This document shows positions 36,479 to 50,000 of a stretch of DNA of 57,287 nt, one piece after another. Source of the stretch: Reclinomonas americana ATCC 50394 (taxonomy: Eukaryota); assembly GCA_048213135.1 (NCBI GenBank), contig PS015025.1:30582-87868 (forward strand), read 5' to 3'. Position numbers and translations under genes: made by a program. Positions within the stretch are counted from its first letter, which is position 1. Each line of letters opens with the position of its first letter. The notes beneath the pieces were generated by a model. The model was given only the letters and a program-made list of their open reading frames with translations, made no database searches and was not told the DNA's origin.

Positions 36479-39400
36479 ATGCGTCGCCGCACTGTTCCGC
36501 TGGCCTCTACAGCTGCATCACCAGCAGCAGCAACAGCAGCAGGCGCGGCATCAGCAACAACAACTTCGGCAGTAGTCGGTGCACGACGCGGGCAGGTGGT
36601 GTACGCAGCGCACGCGTCGCTGCTGGTCTCCACGCACACGGCGCGCGTACTGGCGTGTGTGTGGACCGCGTTTGTGTTTGCACTCTATTTCGTCACGTTG
36701 AATCCGTCATTGCCGGGCGGCGACAGTGGCGAGCTCATTGTGACTGGTGAGTCACACACACACACACTGACACACGCACGCACGCACACTCTCTCTTGCA
36801 CACACGCAGCATGCATTTCCATCCGACATTCGCACATTTGCATTCGCGCGTTTTTTTACATTTTTCCTTCATGCTTGTCAGCTGATGCGCTGGGAGTGGC
36901 GCATCCTCCGGGCTATCCCACCTTTGTGCTGCTGGGCAAGGTGTTTATCACGCTGGTGCCCTTTGGCTCGCCTGCGTGGCGCATGAATCTGCTCAATGCG
37001 ATGCTGGCCTCGATGGCCTCTGGCGTGCTCTTTTACATTGCATGCCGCGTGACACGCAACAATGTGGCCATTGCGGCGTTTGCCTCTGGGTTCTTCTCGT
37101 TTAGGTGAGGGGAGAGCGTTTCACTGATGCTGGACGGGAGTGGTATTTGACGACTCACTCGCCCTTCCGCCCCCCCATGTTCGACAGTATTCTCACGTGG
37201 CAGCATGCGGTCACTGCCGAGGTGTTTTCGCTGAACAACCTGTTCACGGTGCTGCTGCTGTGGATGGTCATTGAGTTTGCCGATGCGTTGTACGACCTCA
37301 AGTATGGTGAGTGACGAGTTGGTTGCATGATTCTTGCTATGTCGTGACTGATCGCTGGCCGCAGCGCAAGATGGCGAGCGTGCCGTGTCGCTCTCTCGAC
37401 TCGGTGCCTTCCTTTGCGGCTTTGCGCTGACCAACCAGCACACGGCAATTTTGTTTGAGGTGATGCGCTCCTCGTGTGCGTTCCTGTGCCCTCGCGCGAG
37501 TCTCATGACCGCCGCAGTTGCCCATCATCCTCTGGGTGCTCGGTCGCATGTGGCCGGAGATCAAGAAGCGGCCGTCGCTGCTGCTCGACTACCTGCGCCT
37601 GTTCCTGTACGGCATGTCGCCGTACGTGTACATGCCACTCACCGCGTTGTGGACACCGGCGCACACGTGGGGTTTGTGTTACTTTTTTTGGCTTCACAAG
37701 CGTGCGCACCCTCACCTCTCTTGTGTATTTTTTCGGCAGGCAACTCGGCCACCGTCGACGGCTTCCTGACGCACATTCTGCGTCGCGAGTACGGCACGTT
37801 CGATCTCGCCAAGGACCGCAAGGAGACGCCGGACTTGCTGGAGGGTCTCCGTGCCTACTTTGCGCACTACCAGATGGAGACGCGCTACACTGGCGTGGTG
37901 TTTGCTGTGATTGGACTGGTGGTCCTCTACGTTCACCGCGCTCGTTACCTGCGCCTGCCTGCGACAGCGGTGTGTTGATTCCGTTGACTGCTGCGGGCGA
38001 GTTGATGATTGGCACTCACGCCGCTTACCTAACCGACCACAGTCTGCGCCGTCGTCGTCTTCCTCTTCCTCGTCGTCGTCGTCATCTGCACCGTCCGCCG
38101 CCACCTCCTCCTCCTCCTCGACTGCGCGCGCCTCGTTCGACCGCCACGACTGGCTGCTGGACAACATCCGCACTCCGCTGCTCTCCGCACTGACCCTCTA
38201 CCTGGTGTTCTTCCACTGGCGTGCCAACCTCGACATTGCGAGTCCGCTGCTGTACGGCGTGAGTGCTCGCTTCTGGCTGCAGCCGATGCTGGCGACGACC
38301 CTCGTGTCGGCCATCGGTGCCTGCACCATCTTCAGCTTCGTCTTCCCGCCATCCGCAGCCTCCTCTGGCAAGGAAAGCGGGAGTCGCAAGGCGGGCACAC
38401 TGGCCGCATTCGTGCTCTTTGTTGTGGCCGTTGTTGTGTTCGCCCTCATTATTCACCGGCAGTGGGAGCTGGTGAGTGTGAAGAGGTGGTGGCACGGTAG
38501 AGATGACTCGCTTACGTATTTGTTTTTTTTTGCAGGTCGACCAGTCCGACTGCGACTACTTCCTGGAGTACGCCAAGGAGATTCTGCGTCCGCTCAGCAA
38601 GGGCGCCATTCTGCTCTCTCGCGGCGACGTGGTCTCCAACTCGGTGCGCTACGCGCAATACTCGGAGGGTATACGGCGCGATGTTTTTATCGTAGAACAA
38701 GTGAGTGCGCCTGGCACTCAGCAGGCATCGTGCGCCGCACTCACGCACACTGTGCTCAGGAACTAATGACCTATCCGTGGTACGTGGGCGCCACGGCACC
38801 CACCATGCCCGCCGTCAAGTTCCCCGGCACGATTTGGAGTCTGCGACACGAAGGTCGCTTCAACATAGGCCAATTCATCGACGCCAACATTGACAAGCGC
38901 GACATTTACGTGTACTCGGACCTGAAAGACGGCAAGTCACGCGTCGTGTGCCAGGAGTGCGTCTGCTCCTCACCGCCCCCCCTTTTTTTTTTGTGCAGGT
39001 GACCCCTCGTACGAGGCCAAGTATCAGCTCCGTCAAGAGGGTCTTTGCTCCAAGTTTGTGCGCAAGTCCGACAAGTTGGACATCAACAAGTGGTTCTACG
39101 AGCACCGACACGCGCTGCGCCCACTCACCGAGCTGCGACTGCCGCCGCTCCACAAGTTTGGCCGCGACACCTGGGAGAGTCACATTCGCCAGGAGGTGCT
39201 CATCAACTCGCACAACCGCGACGTGTTCATGATGCTGGTGCGTCTCCCGTCGTGTGTGCTCTCCAAGCACTCACATCTACTCACATTGATCGACGTCGCT
39301 GTGGCAGAATGCACCGCCGGCCCAGACGAACTGGCAGCTGCGGCGCGAGTTGTACGAGGAGGTCGTGAAGCAGCTGGAGCTGTGCCTGGGTCTGTTTGAT

Positions 39401-39799
39401 CCGCAGGCGCCGACCACGGACATTGCGCCGTTCTACAAGAACCTCGGCATCTCGCACTACGAGCTGTCGATGCTGCCGTCCACCAATCCGCTCGCGCGCG
39501 AGTTCCACCAGATGGCGCTGATCGAGTACTGGGAGAAATTCCTGCAAATGTCGCCCAAGGAGGGCCAAGCAGAACAGATCCGCATGGCCGTCGACGTGGC
39601 GCGGCGCGAGCTCGACCAGTTGCGGCGTGAGCGTGTGGCCAAGGAGGCCGAGGAAGACGACGACGACGACGACAATGATGACGATGATGGCGACAAGAGC
39701 AGCAAGAAGAAGCCTGACGTCAAGCAGCCGTTCCCGGCTGACGCCGACGAACAGGGTGCTGTCGACACTGAGTCAGAGGTAGACGCCACGGGTTTGTAA
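36479..39799 (+). CDS. TMEM260: TMEM260-like (DUF2723, GT-C) protein O-mannosyltransferase
   Basis: LYFVTLNPSLPGGDSGELIVT|ADALGVAHPPGYP, PAWRMNLLNA, AEVFSLNNLF, GFALTNQHT, FLTHILRREYGTFDL, FFHWRANL, RFWLQP, ELMTYPWY, KFPG. Alternative upstream ATG at 36431. Confidence 0.92.
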
Positions 39800-39918
39800 G
39801 GCGTGCATACTTTTGCGTAGTTAGAGCAAAATGAAGAAAAAACCAACGATACAAGCTTTGTATATTCAAGAGACTCGCTCAACACTTTGCGGGTCCTCGG
39901 CGTGTTCCACAACCTCTC

Positions 39919-40780
39919 TCAAGCCGCCACCTCGTCCACAATTGCCTCCCAGAACTGCAGCGCTTGCTCCTCATCGCTCGCGCCCTCCTCATCGGCCTCG
40001 GTCGTCGTCGCATCGTCCTCCACATCGGCATCCGAGTCCAACACACTGGCCGCCACATCAGCCGCCGACTCCTCGTCCTCGCCCTTGGGCGCCACAGCCG
40101 CCGCCTTGCCACTCGGCTCGGCCTCCGCAGCCGCCGCCGCCACCACATCCTCATCCTCCAGCGGGTCCTCGCTGTCATCAAACTCTCCAAACACCGCCTC
40201 CTCTTCCTCCTCCTCCTCCTCGTCGTCCTCCTCATCCTCCTCGTCCTCGTCGGCATCGAGCTCCGCAAACAGCTCCACGTCTTCCTCTTCCTCCTCCTCC
40301 TCGTCATCATCGGCCTCCATGCTGCTCTCATGGAAGGCATTGCTGGCCTGCTCGTGCACCATATCCTCCTCGCTGTCCTCCAGCTCCGCGGCCGCCAGGT
40401 CCTCCTCAAGCAGCGCCAAGTCCGCGTCCACATCCGACTCCTCCGCGTGCTTGTGCGCGCATGCCGCAGTGTGCACGTGCTGCTCCTCTTCTTGTTCTTC
40501 AGGGTGTGAGTGGTTGCCCTCCGTGTCCAGTGCCTGTCCGCAGTACGCGCAGCGCTCCACCAGGTTGTTGTCGACAAAGGTGCCTGGGTGCTGCGGGTGG
40601 TCCAGACGCTCTCCACATGTGGGGCAGTACGAGGCTCCATACGCGCTCACTGCACACACCGCCACCACCACCAACACCAACAATGAGAGTTTCCGCGACC
40701 TGTGTGAGAGCAACACATGAGCACACACACAGAGAGAGAGAGCGCGCATGGGAGAGTGAGGGGAAAAAAACGCACATCAT
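39919..40780 (-). CDS. Secreted highly acidic protein with CxxC...CxxC and His-rich motifs
   Basis: 5-nt first coding exon (ATGAT), intron 40775-40700, then MMSRKLSLLVLVVVAVCAVSA signal peptide, CPTC..CAYC and a long D/E-rich tract. Confidence 0.65.
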
Positions 40781-41005
40781 TTGCGTTCTGCGCTGCTGTG
40801 ATTTTTTCGGATATCTCAAGCGAGCACTGCTGCTTTATTTGTCTTGTCTGCTCGCGATATTCAAATATCATCGGGGAGGCGGTAGGATGCCTCGCGATCG
40901 GGGGCGACTTGCACGCGGCGTGGTGGGCGAAGTGTGCCGGTGGGTGGTGGGCTCGTGTGGAGATCAGTCACCAGTGCCTGTGTGTGCTGTGGAGTGAGAA
41001 GCGGA

Positions 41006-44000
41006 TCAATATGCACGTGTGCGCAAGGGAATGCGGCTCACCGATAGCGGCGCGTTTGTGATTGGTGTCGGCGCTGTCGGTCGCGGGATGGCCAGTGCAG
41101 ACTCGCGGCCTACGTTTCGGAGTCGACGGCGCGCAAGATGGGCCAGCGAGCTTGGCGACTCAGGCACCACGCTCTCGAATTGCAGTTCCTGCAACAGTGC
41201 TGCGTGTTGCTGTTGACGCTGTTGTCGCCGTTGTTCTCGGTGTAACGCGATCAGTTGATACAGCTGTGCAGACGGAGCGACTCCGGGTACACTCGGTAGT
41301 GGCGGTGCAGCGACTGACGCATCCGTCGGCGTGCCGTGTGCGCCAAGATCCACGTGGTCAGCGTCGTCCTGCGTCGCTTCTGGCGATCGCTGCTGCTGCC
41401 ACTGTTGCTGCAGTCGGTAGAGAGCAATGAGCTGGAACAGATCGGACGACGGCTGCTGCAAGGGTGGTTGAGGAGGCGGTTGTGGACGCTGCTGCTGCTG
41501 CCGCTGCTGTTGTTGCTGGTCGCGGAAGAGCCGGATGAGGTGACGGAGTTCCGCAGAGGGCTCGTGGAATGCCGCCTCAGGCTGCTGTCGTTGCTGCTGC
41601 TGCTGCTGCCGCTGCTGTTGTTGCTGTTCGCGGAATAGCTGGATGAGGTGACGGAGTTCCGCAGAGGGCTCGTGGAATGCCGTCGCAGGCTGCTGTCGTT
41701 GCTGCTGCTGCTGCTGCCGCTGCTGCTTGCGGAAAAGATCAATCAGTTCATGCAGTTTCAGCGATGGCGCTGGACGCGACAGAGGCTGCTGAGTGGTGGT
41801 GACCAGATCAAGCAACGGTCGTCGAGCCACATTCGGCACGGAGACCTGCGATCGTCGAGGCGAGAGCAGAGCAGTCGGTGTCGAGGCTGACGACGACAGA
41901 CGCGCACTGTCCTCAGTGTCGAGAACAGAACCCGGCAAGTCCGGCTCAGCCAGTTCATCAACCCCCACTCCTGCAGCTTCCGCCTCCTGCTGCTGCCGTT
42001 TCCAAGCGTCCATGAGCAGACGGATTCGACCCTCGGCGGTGTTCGATTCTCGCACCAGTCTCAGCAGCGACGTGACAGCAGTCGGTGCAGAGTGCACGGC
42101 GGCCACTGCTTCGTCAAATGCTCGCCGCTCGGCGACAGGGCTCATTTCTTCATCGTCTTCGACCATGCCGTCGAGGGCGGCGGCCAGTGGCTCGTTGGCC
42201 ATTCGCATGGCCAGCGCCGCACGCACCGCCTGCGCAGCGGCGGCCTTCTTGCGTCGCCGCAGGACGACCCACATAGTGACCAGCGTCGCGACAAGTATCA
42301 CACCACAACAACAGGCAACTACCACTCCGACAATCACCGGTACGCTCAGTCGTGAGCCAGCGACCGCTACTCCAGGCGTCGATGCAGCTGCTTGACCTTG
42401 AGCTGCGAACACACATACATCTTATCAGCGACGCGCGCGCGCACATAAAGCTGGTGCACGTGCGCTTATTGCTAACCAGCGGCGGCACCGGCGCCAACCG
42501 ACAACACAGTTGGAGTTTGGACATCCACGAGGNNNNNNNNNNNNNNNNNNNNNNNNNNNNNNNNNNNNNNNNNNNNNNNNNNNNNNNNNNNNNNNNNNNN
42601 NNNNNNNNNNNNNNNNNNNNNNNNNNNNNNNNNNNNNNNNNNNNNNNNNNNTTCAACAGTGCGCGTGTGCTCGCCGCACCGATCGCACTGTCACCAAAGT
42701 CGAAGCGGACGCAAAGCCGGAAAACACCGTCGACGTTGAACTGCACTTGCACATGGAGCCTGGATGATGTGTTGCCAACTCTGCAGACGCAACAGTCGCA
42801 CCCCTCAGCAAACAGCACCATGCAATCGCACACTACATGCGAACGCAACTGCATGAAAGAGTCACCGGCGAGATCGGTGCCAAGCACGGTCACACCATCA
42901 CCGCTGGTTAGCACGGTTGTGGCCACGGCGCAGCTTGGCAAACTTCCCGACACGAATACGAAGGCGTCCGATGCCGAAAGCATCGCACCATCGACGGTGA
43001 GAGTCTGTACAACTCCAACAGGCAGCCACAACGGCTGTGCATTCGATGCGACAGGCTCTGCAGCGACCGTAGCCGTCAGCAAAATACACCTCGTACACGT
43101 GACACTGCTCATTCTTGGCATACGTACCAACAATCTGCAATATGCCATCGTCTTCAGAAGCAGCAACCAGGCCAGTGAACAAATCACCGGCGTGCAAGAC
43201 GCAGATCTGCCAGGTGCTGCTTGTCGGAAGCGTACGCAGTCGAATGCGACGTTCGGCGGTGGATAAGAAACTGCTGGCCACCAGATACTGATCGGACAGC
43301 ACTCGGCTGCTGCAGTCACTAGTGGTGCTGCACATGCCGCACACAGAACAGCAGGTGAGATGCGAGGCTATAAGCCGCGGCGACAAATCAAGCGACAGGC
43401 AGCTCGCACCCTTCCACCAGCTCATCGAACACATAGACGGTGTCATCCGGATGGAACGCCAGTCCGCGGAGAGTGACCGTGACATCTGTCGCACGGCGCA
43501 CCTTGCTTGGGACGATGCTGACAAACGATGGAGCTGCAAACACGCTCGAGAATCAACGGGCATGTTCGGTGACAGAGCGCAGTGGAAAACCCCATCACTC
43601 ACCAATAAATGTCAACACGCCAGCCGGCTGGTAGTCGTGGTACTTGGAAAACCTGCAGTGAACAAGTGAGAAGGAAGACTTTGGGGTGAAGGATCCACTA
43701 CGGAGCGCGAACTCGCCTAGCACACACGACCACTTCCATTTCGTCCACCGAGATCGGCAATGAAGATGGCTGTGCCACAAAGGTGGCGTGCAACCGAGTC
43801 AAGTCGGTGGCGACATCAGTAGAACTCACAGCGGTAGACGTCGATGCGTCCTCGCATTCAGCATGACCTGCCAACGCATGTCTGGCTAGCGTAACGGACA
43901 TGCCAGAGAGCGGCAAAAGGTCGCCGTCAATGGTGACGGTGGATGCTTTGAGACGAGTAATTGTCGATGGAGACACGGAGTCAATCCGAGGACCTAATGC

Positions 44001-47000
44001 GCGNNNNNNNNNNNNNNNNNNNNNNNNNNNNNNNNNNNNNNNNNNNNNNNNNNNNNNNNNNNNNNNNNNNNNNNNNNNNNNNNNNNNNNNNNNNNNNNNN
44101 NNNNNNNNNNNNNNNNNNNNNNNNNNNNNNNNNNNNNNNNNNNNNNNNNNNNNNNNNNNNNNNNNNNNNNNNNNNNNNNNNNNNNNNNNNNNNNNNNNNN
44201 NNNNNNNNNNNNNNNNNNNNNNNNNNNNNNNNNNNNNNNNNNNNNNNNNNNNNNNNNNNNNNNNNNNNNNNNNNNNNNNNNNNNNNNNNNNNNNNNNNNN
44301 NNNNNNNNNNNNNNNNNNNNNNNNNNNNNNNNNNNNNNNNNNNNNNNNNNNNNNNNNNNNNNNNNNNNNNNNNNNNNNNNNNNNNNNNNNNNNNNNNNNN
44401 NNNNNNNNNNNNNNNNNNNNNNNNNNNNNNNNNNNNNNNNNNNNNCCACACACTCATGAGGCGACAGAGAAGACTGCAAACCAGCAAACTGAGAGTGGAA
44501 TCGAACCCGTGACGAGAAGAGGCGGCGACATCGGCACAAAAGAGTCCACGTGCGACAAACTGCACCATGTGTATCAGCGAGAAGAGCGAGAAGAAAGCGG
44601 ATGCACAACGAGATCACACACCGGACACATATGAACACGTACGGGTACGATGGGTACCGCGGAGGCAGCTCTGGGTCGTCGATTGGTGGCGTGGGTACTG
44701 GCGTGATGTGGATAACCACAGAGCCGAGTTCATCGTGCCGGGCCACGGCTTCGGAGGTTACCTCCAAACCTCGCACAGTCGGACTGCCAGCAACGCATGC
44801 ATTCTCCGACGTCGCCAGCGCAACAGTCATGCCAGTCAATGGCAACAGTATTCCAGAAACACTTACTCTCGAAGCCTCCATGTTTGACACGGCGCGAGGA
44901 GAGAAACCAGACAGCGACGGTGCTACAGATCGCACAGTGTTGTTGTCAGCAACTTTCACTTGCTGGTGGCCACGCCGAACATACCTCGCACGTGAATGGG
45001 ATTCACATCGACCGCCACGAAATCATCGCTCGTCGCCGACCTACGACACCGACAGTTAATGAAGTAGCATGGTCATAATCATTCATACATGCACAGACGC
45101 ACCGGAAACACAAGAATAAATCGCTGGGGGAACCCGATGGGACAGTCACGACCACCGAGACCGTGGAGGCACCCACCGCGATAGAAGGCGTCGCGGGTCG
45201 AACAAGAGCAGCTCCCACGTGCTGACCAGTGCATTGCGCTACGTCGGCCACAAGAACGTACTCGTCTGCGACAGACGGATGCGATGTGAGATTGCGATTG
45301 GTTCGAGGCTCAGGATACTCGCATCAGACACAAACCATTCGTTGCGAGACTTGACCCTGCAACCACGACATCGTTGGTCCCGAGAGAGCCAATCACGTGC
45401 GTGAGCAGAGTGGTAAAGCCTGCAAGTATACAATACACACACAAGTGAGAAAAAAGTCAGGCATGTCGACGGGAACAGCTCGTGTGCCCACCATTACACG
45501 AAGGACCGAACGTCCCACCAGCACAGCTCCTAAATGTCGAGAAGGGCACAGCGTTGCTCGCTCGCTTCACGCCTTGGAAGGAGCTCACAAGACGCACAAA
45601 GTACATCGTACTAGGTTCTAACACTGGCTCCGTCGTCTGAGAGCTGACATATGTTGGATACGGAGACGGCGGCGGGACGGGAACAGGCACTTCGGCGAGC
45701 GATATAACCTGGCCCGCAAACGAGTCGTCAACAGCGATCTCGAAGGTTGCGCCGAATGGAAAAATGACCGGAGTAAAAGAGGCAGAAAAGGAGGCCAGAC
45801 GTTGGCGAACATCCGTAGCAGTGAGCCGATCTGGCAGAGGCACCGCGAACGCAGTGGCGGTCTGTACAGTACTCACAAACCGATAGGTTCCACCACTGTA
45901 TGAGAGCAAGGCAACCACGCGGTAATAGAATGGCTGACCGGGAATGGTACCAGTCAGAGTGCAGGACACGCGGGATGAATCCGTCGCGCTGTCCGCTGCC
46001 ACCGTCAACACCGATGACGAAAGACTCGCATCAGCTACAGAAGCCTCGAAGATCACAGTCAGCGGCTGCCCGCTGTTGTTAACCGCAGTGCCGTACAACA
46101 CTGCGGTCAGCGGATCAACCAGCGCGGGCGGAAGCACCTGCAGAGTCGCAATCTGCGGCGTGGCGAACGACCGAAGCGGACTCATTTGTGCCGGTGTACC
46201 GTCACTTGTCGCCACGACAACTCGGTAATAGTACACCGTGTCGGGCGCCAGACCACTCAACGCAGCAGATACAGCCACATCCGTAGACGCCGGTCCACTC
46301 ACATTTGCTGGCGTCACAGTGGGTGCCAACTGAATCGTGCCACTCGCAAACGTGGACGATGTCGAGTACTCGATCGTCACACTCACACCTGGTCCGTTCT
46401 GCACATTCACCGTGCCATGCAACACTGCCTGTACAGCAGTCACTTGCGTCGCTCCTCCGGTCGTCGTAGCCGTGGCCAGNNNNNNNNNNNNNNNNNNNNN
46501 NNNNNNNNNNNNNNNNNNNNNNNNNNNNNNNNNNNNNNNNNNNNNNNNNNNNNNNNNNNNNNNNNNNNNNNNNNNNNNNNNNNNNNNNNNNNNNNNNNNN
46601 NNNNNNNNNNNNNNNNNNNNNNNNNNNNNNNNNNNNNNNNNNNNNNNNNNNNNNNNNNNNNNNNNNNNNNNNNNNNNNNNNNNNNNNNNNNNNNNNNNNN
46701 NNNNNNNNNNNNNNNNNNNNNNNNNNNNNNNNNNNNNNNNNNNNNNNNNNNNNNNNNNNNNNNNNNNNNNNNNNNNNNNNNNNNNNNNNNNNNNNNNNNN
46801 NNNNNNNNNNNNNNNNNNNNNNNNNNNNNNNNNNNNNNNNNNNNNNNNNNNNNNNNNNNNNNNNNNNNNNNNNNNNNNNNNNNNNNNNNNNNNNNNNNNN
46901 NNNNNNNNNNNNNNNNNNNNNNNNNNNNNNNNNNNNNNNNNNNNNNNNNNNNNNNNNNNNNNNNNNNNNNNNNNNNNNNNNNNNNNNNNNNNNNNNNNNN

Positions 47001-50000
47001 NNNNNNNNNNNNNNNNNNNNNNNNNNNNNNNNNNNNNNNNNNNNNNNNNNNNNNNNNNNNNNNNNNNNNNNNNNNNNNNNNNNNNNNNCTTCAATGTCGT
47101 AAATGTGGCCGACGTGCTGTACTGTGCCGGCGTGCCGTCGCTCGTCGCCGCAACAACTCGGTAATAGTACACCGTGTCGGGTGTGAGGCCGGTGAGTGCT
47201 GCAGATACAGCCACATCCGCAGACGCCGGTCCACTCACACTCGCCGGTGTCACGGAGGGTGCCAACAGAATCGTGCCACTCGCAAACGCGGACGATGTCG
47301 AGTACTCGATCGTCACACTCACACCTGGTCCGTTCTGCACATTCACAGTGCCGTGCAACACTGCCTGCACAGCTGTCACCTGTGTCGCACCGCCAGTCGC
47401 GGTAGCCGTGGCCAACTTCAGTGTTGTGAACGTGGCTGACACGCTGTATTGTGCCGGTGTGCCGTCACTTGTCGCNNNNNNNNNNNNNNNNNNNNNNNNN
47501 NNNNNNNNNNNNNNNNNNNNNNNNNNNNNNNNNNNNNNNNNNNNNNNNNNNNNNNNNNNNNNNNNNNNNNNNNNNNNNNNNNNNNNNNNNNNNNNNNNNN
47601 NNNNNNNNNNNNNNNNNNNNNNNNNNNNNNNNNNNNNNNNNNNNNNNNNNNNNNNNNNNNNNNNNNNNNNNNNNNNNNNNNNNNNNNNNNNNNNNNNNNN
47701 NNNNNNNNNNNNNNNNNNNNNNNNNNNNNNNNNNNNNNNNNNNNNNNNNNNNNNNNNNNNNNNNNNNNNNNNNNNNNNNNNNNNNNNNNNNNNNNNNNNN
47801 NNNNNNNNNNNNNNNNNNNNNNNNNNNNNNNNNNNNNNNNNNNNNNNNNNNNNNNNNNNNNNNNNNNNNNNNNNNNNNNNNNNNNNNNNNNNNNNNNNNN
47901 NNNNNNNNNNNNNNNNNNNNNNNNNNNNNNNNNNNNNNNNNNNNNNNNNNNNNNNNNNNNNNNNNNNNNNNNNNNNNNNNNNNNNNNNNNNNNNNNNNNN
48001 NNNNNNNNNNNNNNNNNNNNNNNNNNNNNNNNNNNNNNNNNNNNNNNNNNNNNNNNNNNNNNNNNNNNNNNNNNNNNNNNNNNNNNNNNNNNNNNNNNNN
48101 NNNNNNNNNNNNNNNNNNNNNNNNNNNNNNNNNNNNNNNNNNNNNNNNNNNNNNNNNNNNNNNNNNNNNNNNNNNNNNNNNNNNNNNNNNNNNNNNNNNN
48201 NNNNNNNNNNNNNNNNNNNNNNNNNNNNNNNNNNNNNNNNNNNNNNNNNNNNNNNNNNNNNNNNNNNNNNNNNNNNNNNNNNNNNNNNNNNNNNNNNNNN
48301 NNNNNNNNNNNNNNNNNNNNNNNNNNNNNNNNNNNNNNNNNNNNNNNNNNNNNNNNNNNNNNNNNNNNNNNNNNNNNNNNNNNNNNNNNNNNTGCCACCA
48401 CTCGGTAGTAGTACACCGTATCGGGCGTCAGACCACTCAACGCAGCTGACACAGCAACATCCGTAGACGCCGGTCCACTCACATTCGCCGGTGTCACGGA
48501 GGGTGCCGACTGAATCGTGCCACTCGCAAACGTGGACGATGTCGAGTACTCGATCGTCACACTCACACCTGGCCCGTTCTGCACATTCACCGTGCCGTGC
48601 AACAATGCCTGCACAGCAGTCACTTGCGTTGCTCCACCAGTCGTCGCAACCGTTGCCAACTTCAATGTCGTAAATGTGGCCGACGTGCTATATTGCGCGG
48701 ACGTACCGTCACTCGTCGCCGCAACCACTCGATAGTAATACACCGTATCGGGCGTCAGACCACTCAACGCAGCTGAGACTGCTACATCGGTCGATGCCGG
48801 TCCACTCACACTCGCCGGCGTCACGGAGGGTGCAAACTGAACCATGCCACTCGCAAAAGTGGACGATGTCGAGTACTCGATCGTCACACTCACACCTGGT
48901 CCGTTCTGCACATTCACCGCACCACGCAACAATGACTGCACAGCCGTCACTTGCGTTGCACCACCAGTAGTAGCAGCCGTCGCAAGTTTCAACGTCGTGA
49001 ACGTGACTGACGTACTGTACTGCACCGGAGTGCCGTCACTCGTCGCTGCCACAACTCGGTAATAGTATACCGTGTCGGGTGTGAGGCCGGTGAGTGCCGC
49101 AGATACAGTCACATCCGTAGACGCCGGTCCACTCACATTTGCTGGCGTCACAGTGGGTGCCAACTGAATCATGCCACTCACAAATGTGGACGATGTCGAG
49201 TACTCAATCGTCACACTCACACCTGGCCCGTTCTGCACATTCACCGTACCATGCAACAATGCCTGCACAGCAGTCACTTGCGTCGCTCCACCAGTCGTGG
49301 TTGCTGTTGCAAGCTTCAGAGTCGTGAATGTCGTCGACGTGCTGTACTGCGCCGGCGTGCCGTCACTCGTCGCCGCAACCACTCGGTAATAGTACACCGT
49401 GTCGGGTGTGAGGCCGGTGAGTGCTGCAGATACAGCCACATCCGCAGACGCCGGTCCACTCACACTCGCTGGCGTAACAGTGGATGCCGACTGAATCGTG
49501 CCACTCGCAAACGTGGACGATGTCGAGTACTCGATCGTCACACTCACACCTGGTCCGTTCTGCACATTCACTGTGCCATGCAACAATGCCTGTACAGCAG
49601 TCACTTGCGTTGCACCACCAGTCGTCGCTGCCGTCGCAAGTTTCAGTGTCGTGAACGTGGCCGACGTGCTGTACTGCGTCGGCGTGCCGTCGCTCGTCGC
49701 TGCCACCACTCGGTAGTAATACACCGTATCGGGGGTCAGACCACTCAACGCAGCTGACACAGTCACATCCGTAGACGCCGGTCCACTCACACTCGCCGGT
49801 GTCACGGAGGGTGCTGACTGAATCGTGCCACTCGCAAATGCGGACGATGTCGAGTACTCAATCGTCACACTCACACCTGGCCCATTCTGCACATTCACCG
49901 TGCCATGTAACACTGTTTGTACAGCCGTTACTTGCGTCGCTCCACCAGTCGTCGTAGCCGTCGCGAGCTTCAGTGTCGTGTATGTCGTCGACGTGCTGAA

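Noticed and set aside
39831-40997. Long plus-strand Pro/Ser-rich ORFs
   Set aside because: Antisense of the GAG/GAC-rich acidic gene, which has the signal peptide and splice signals.
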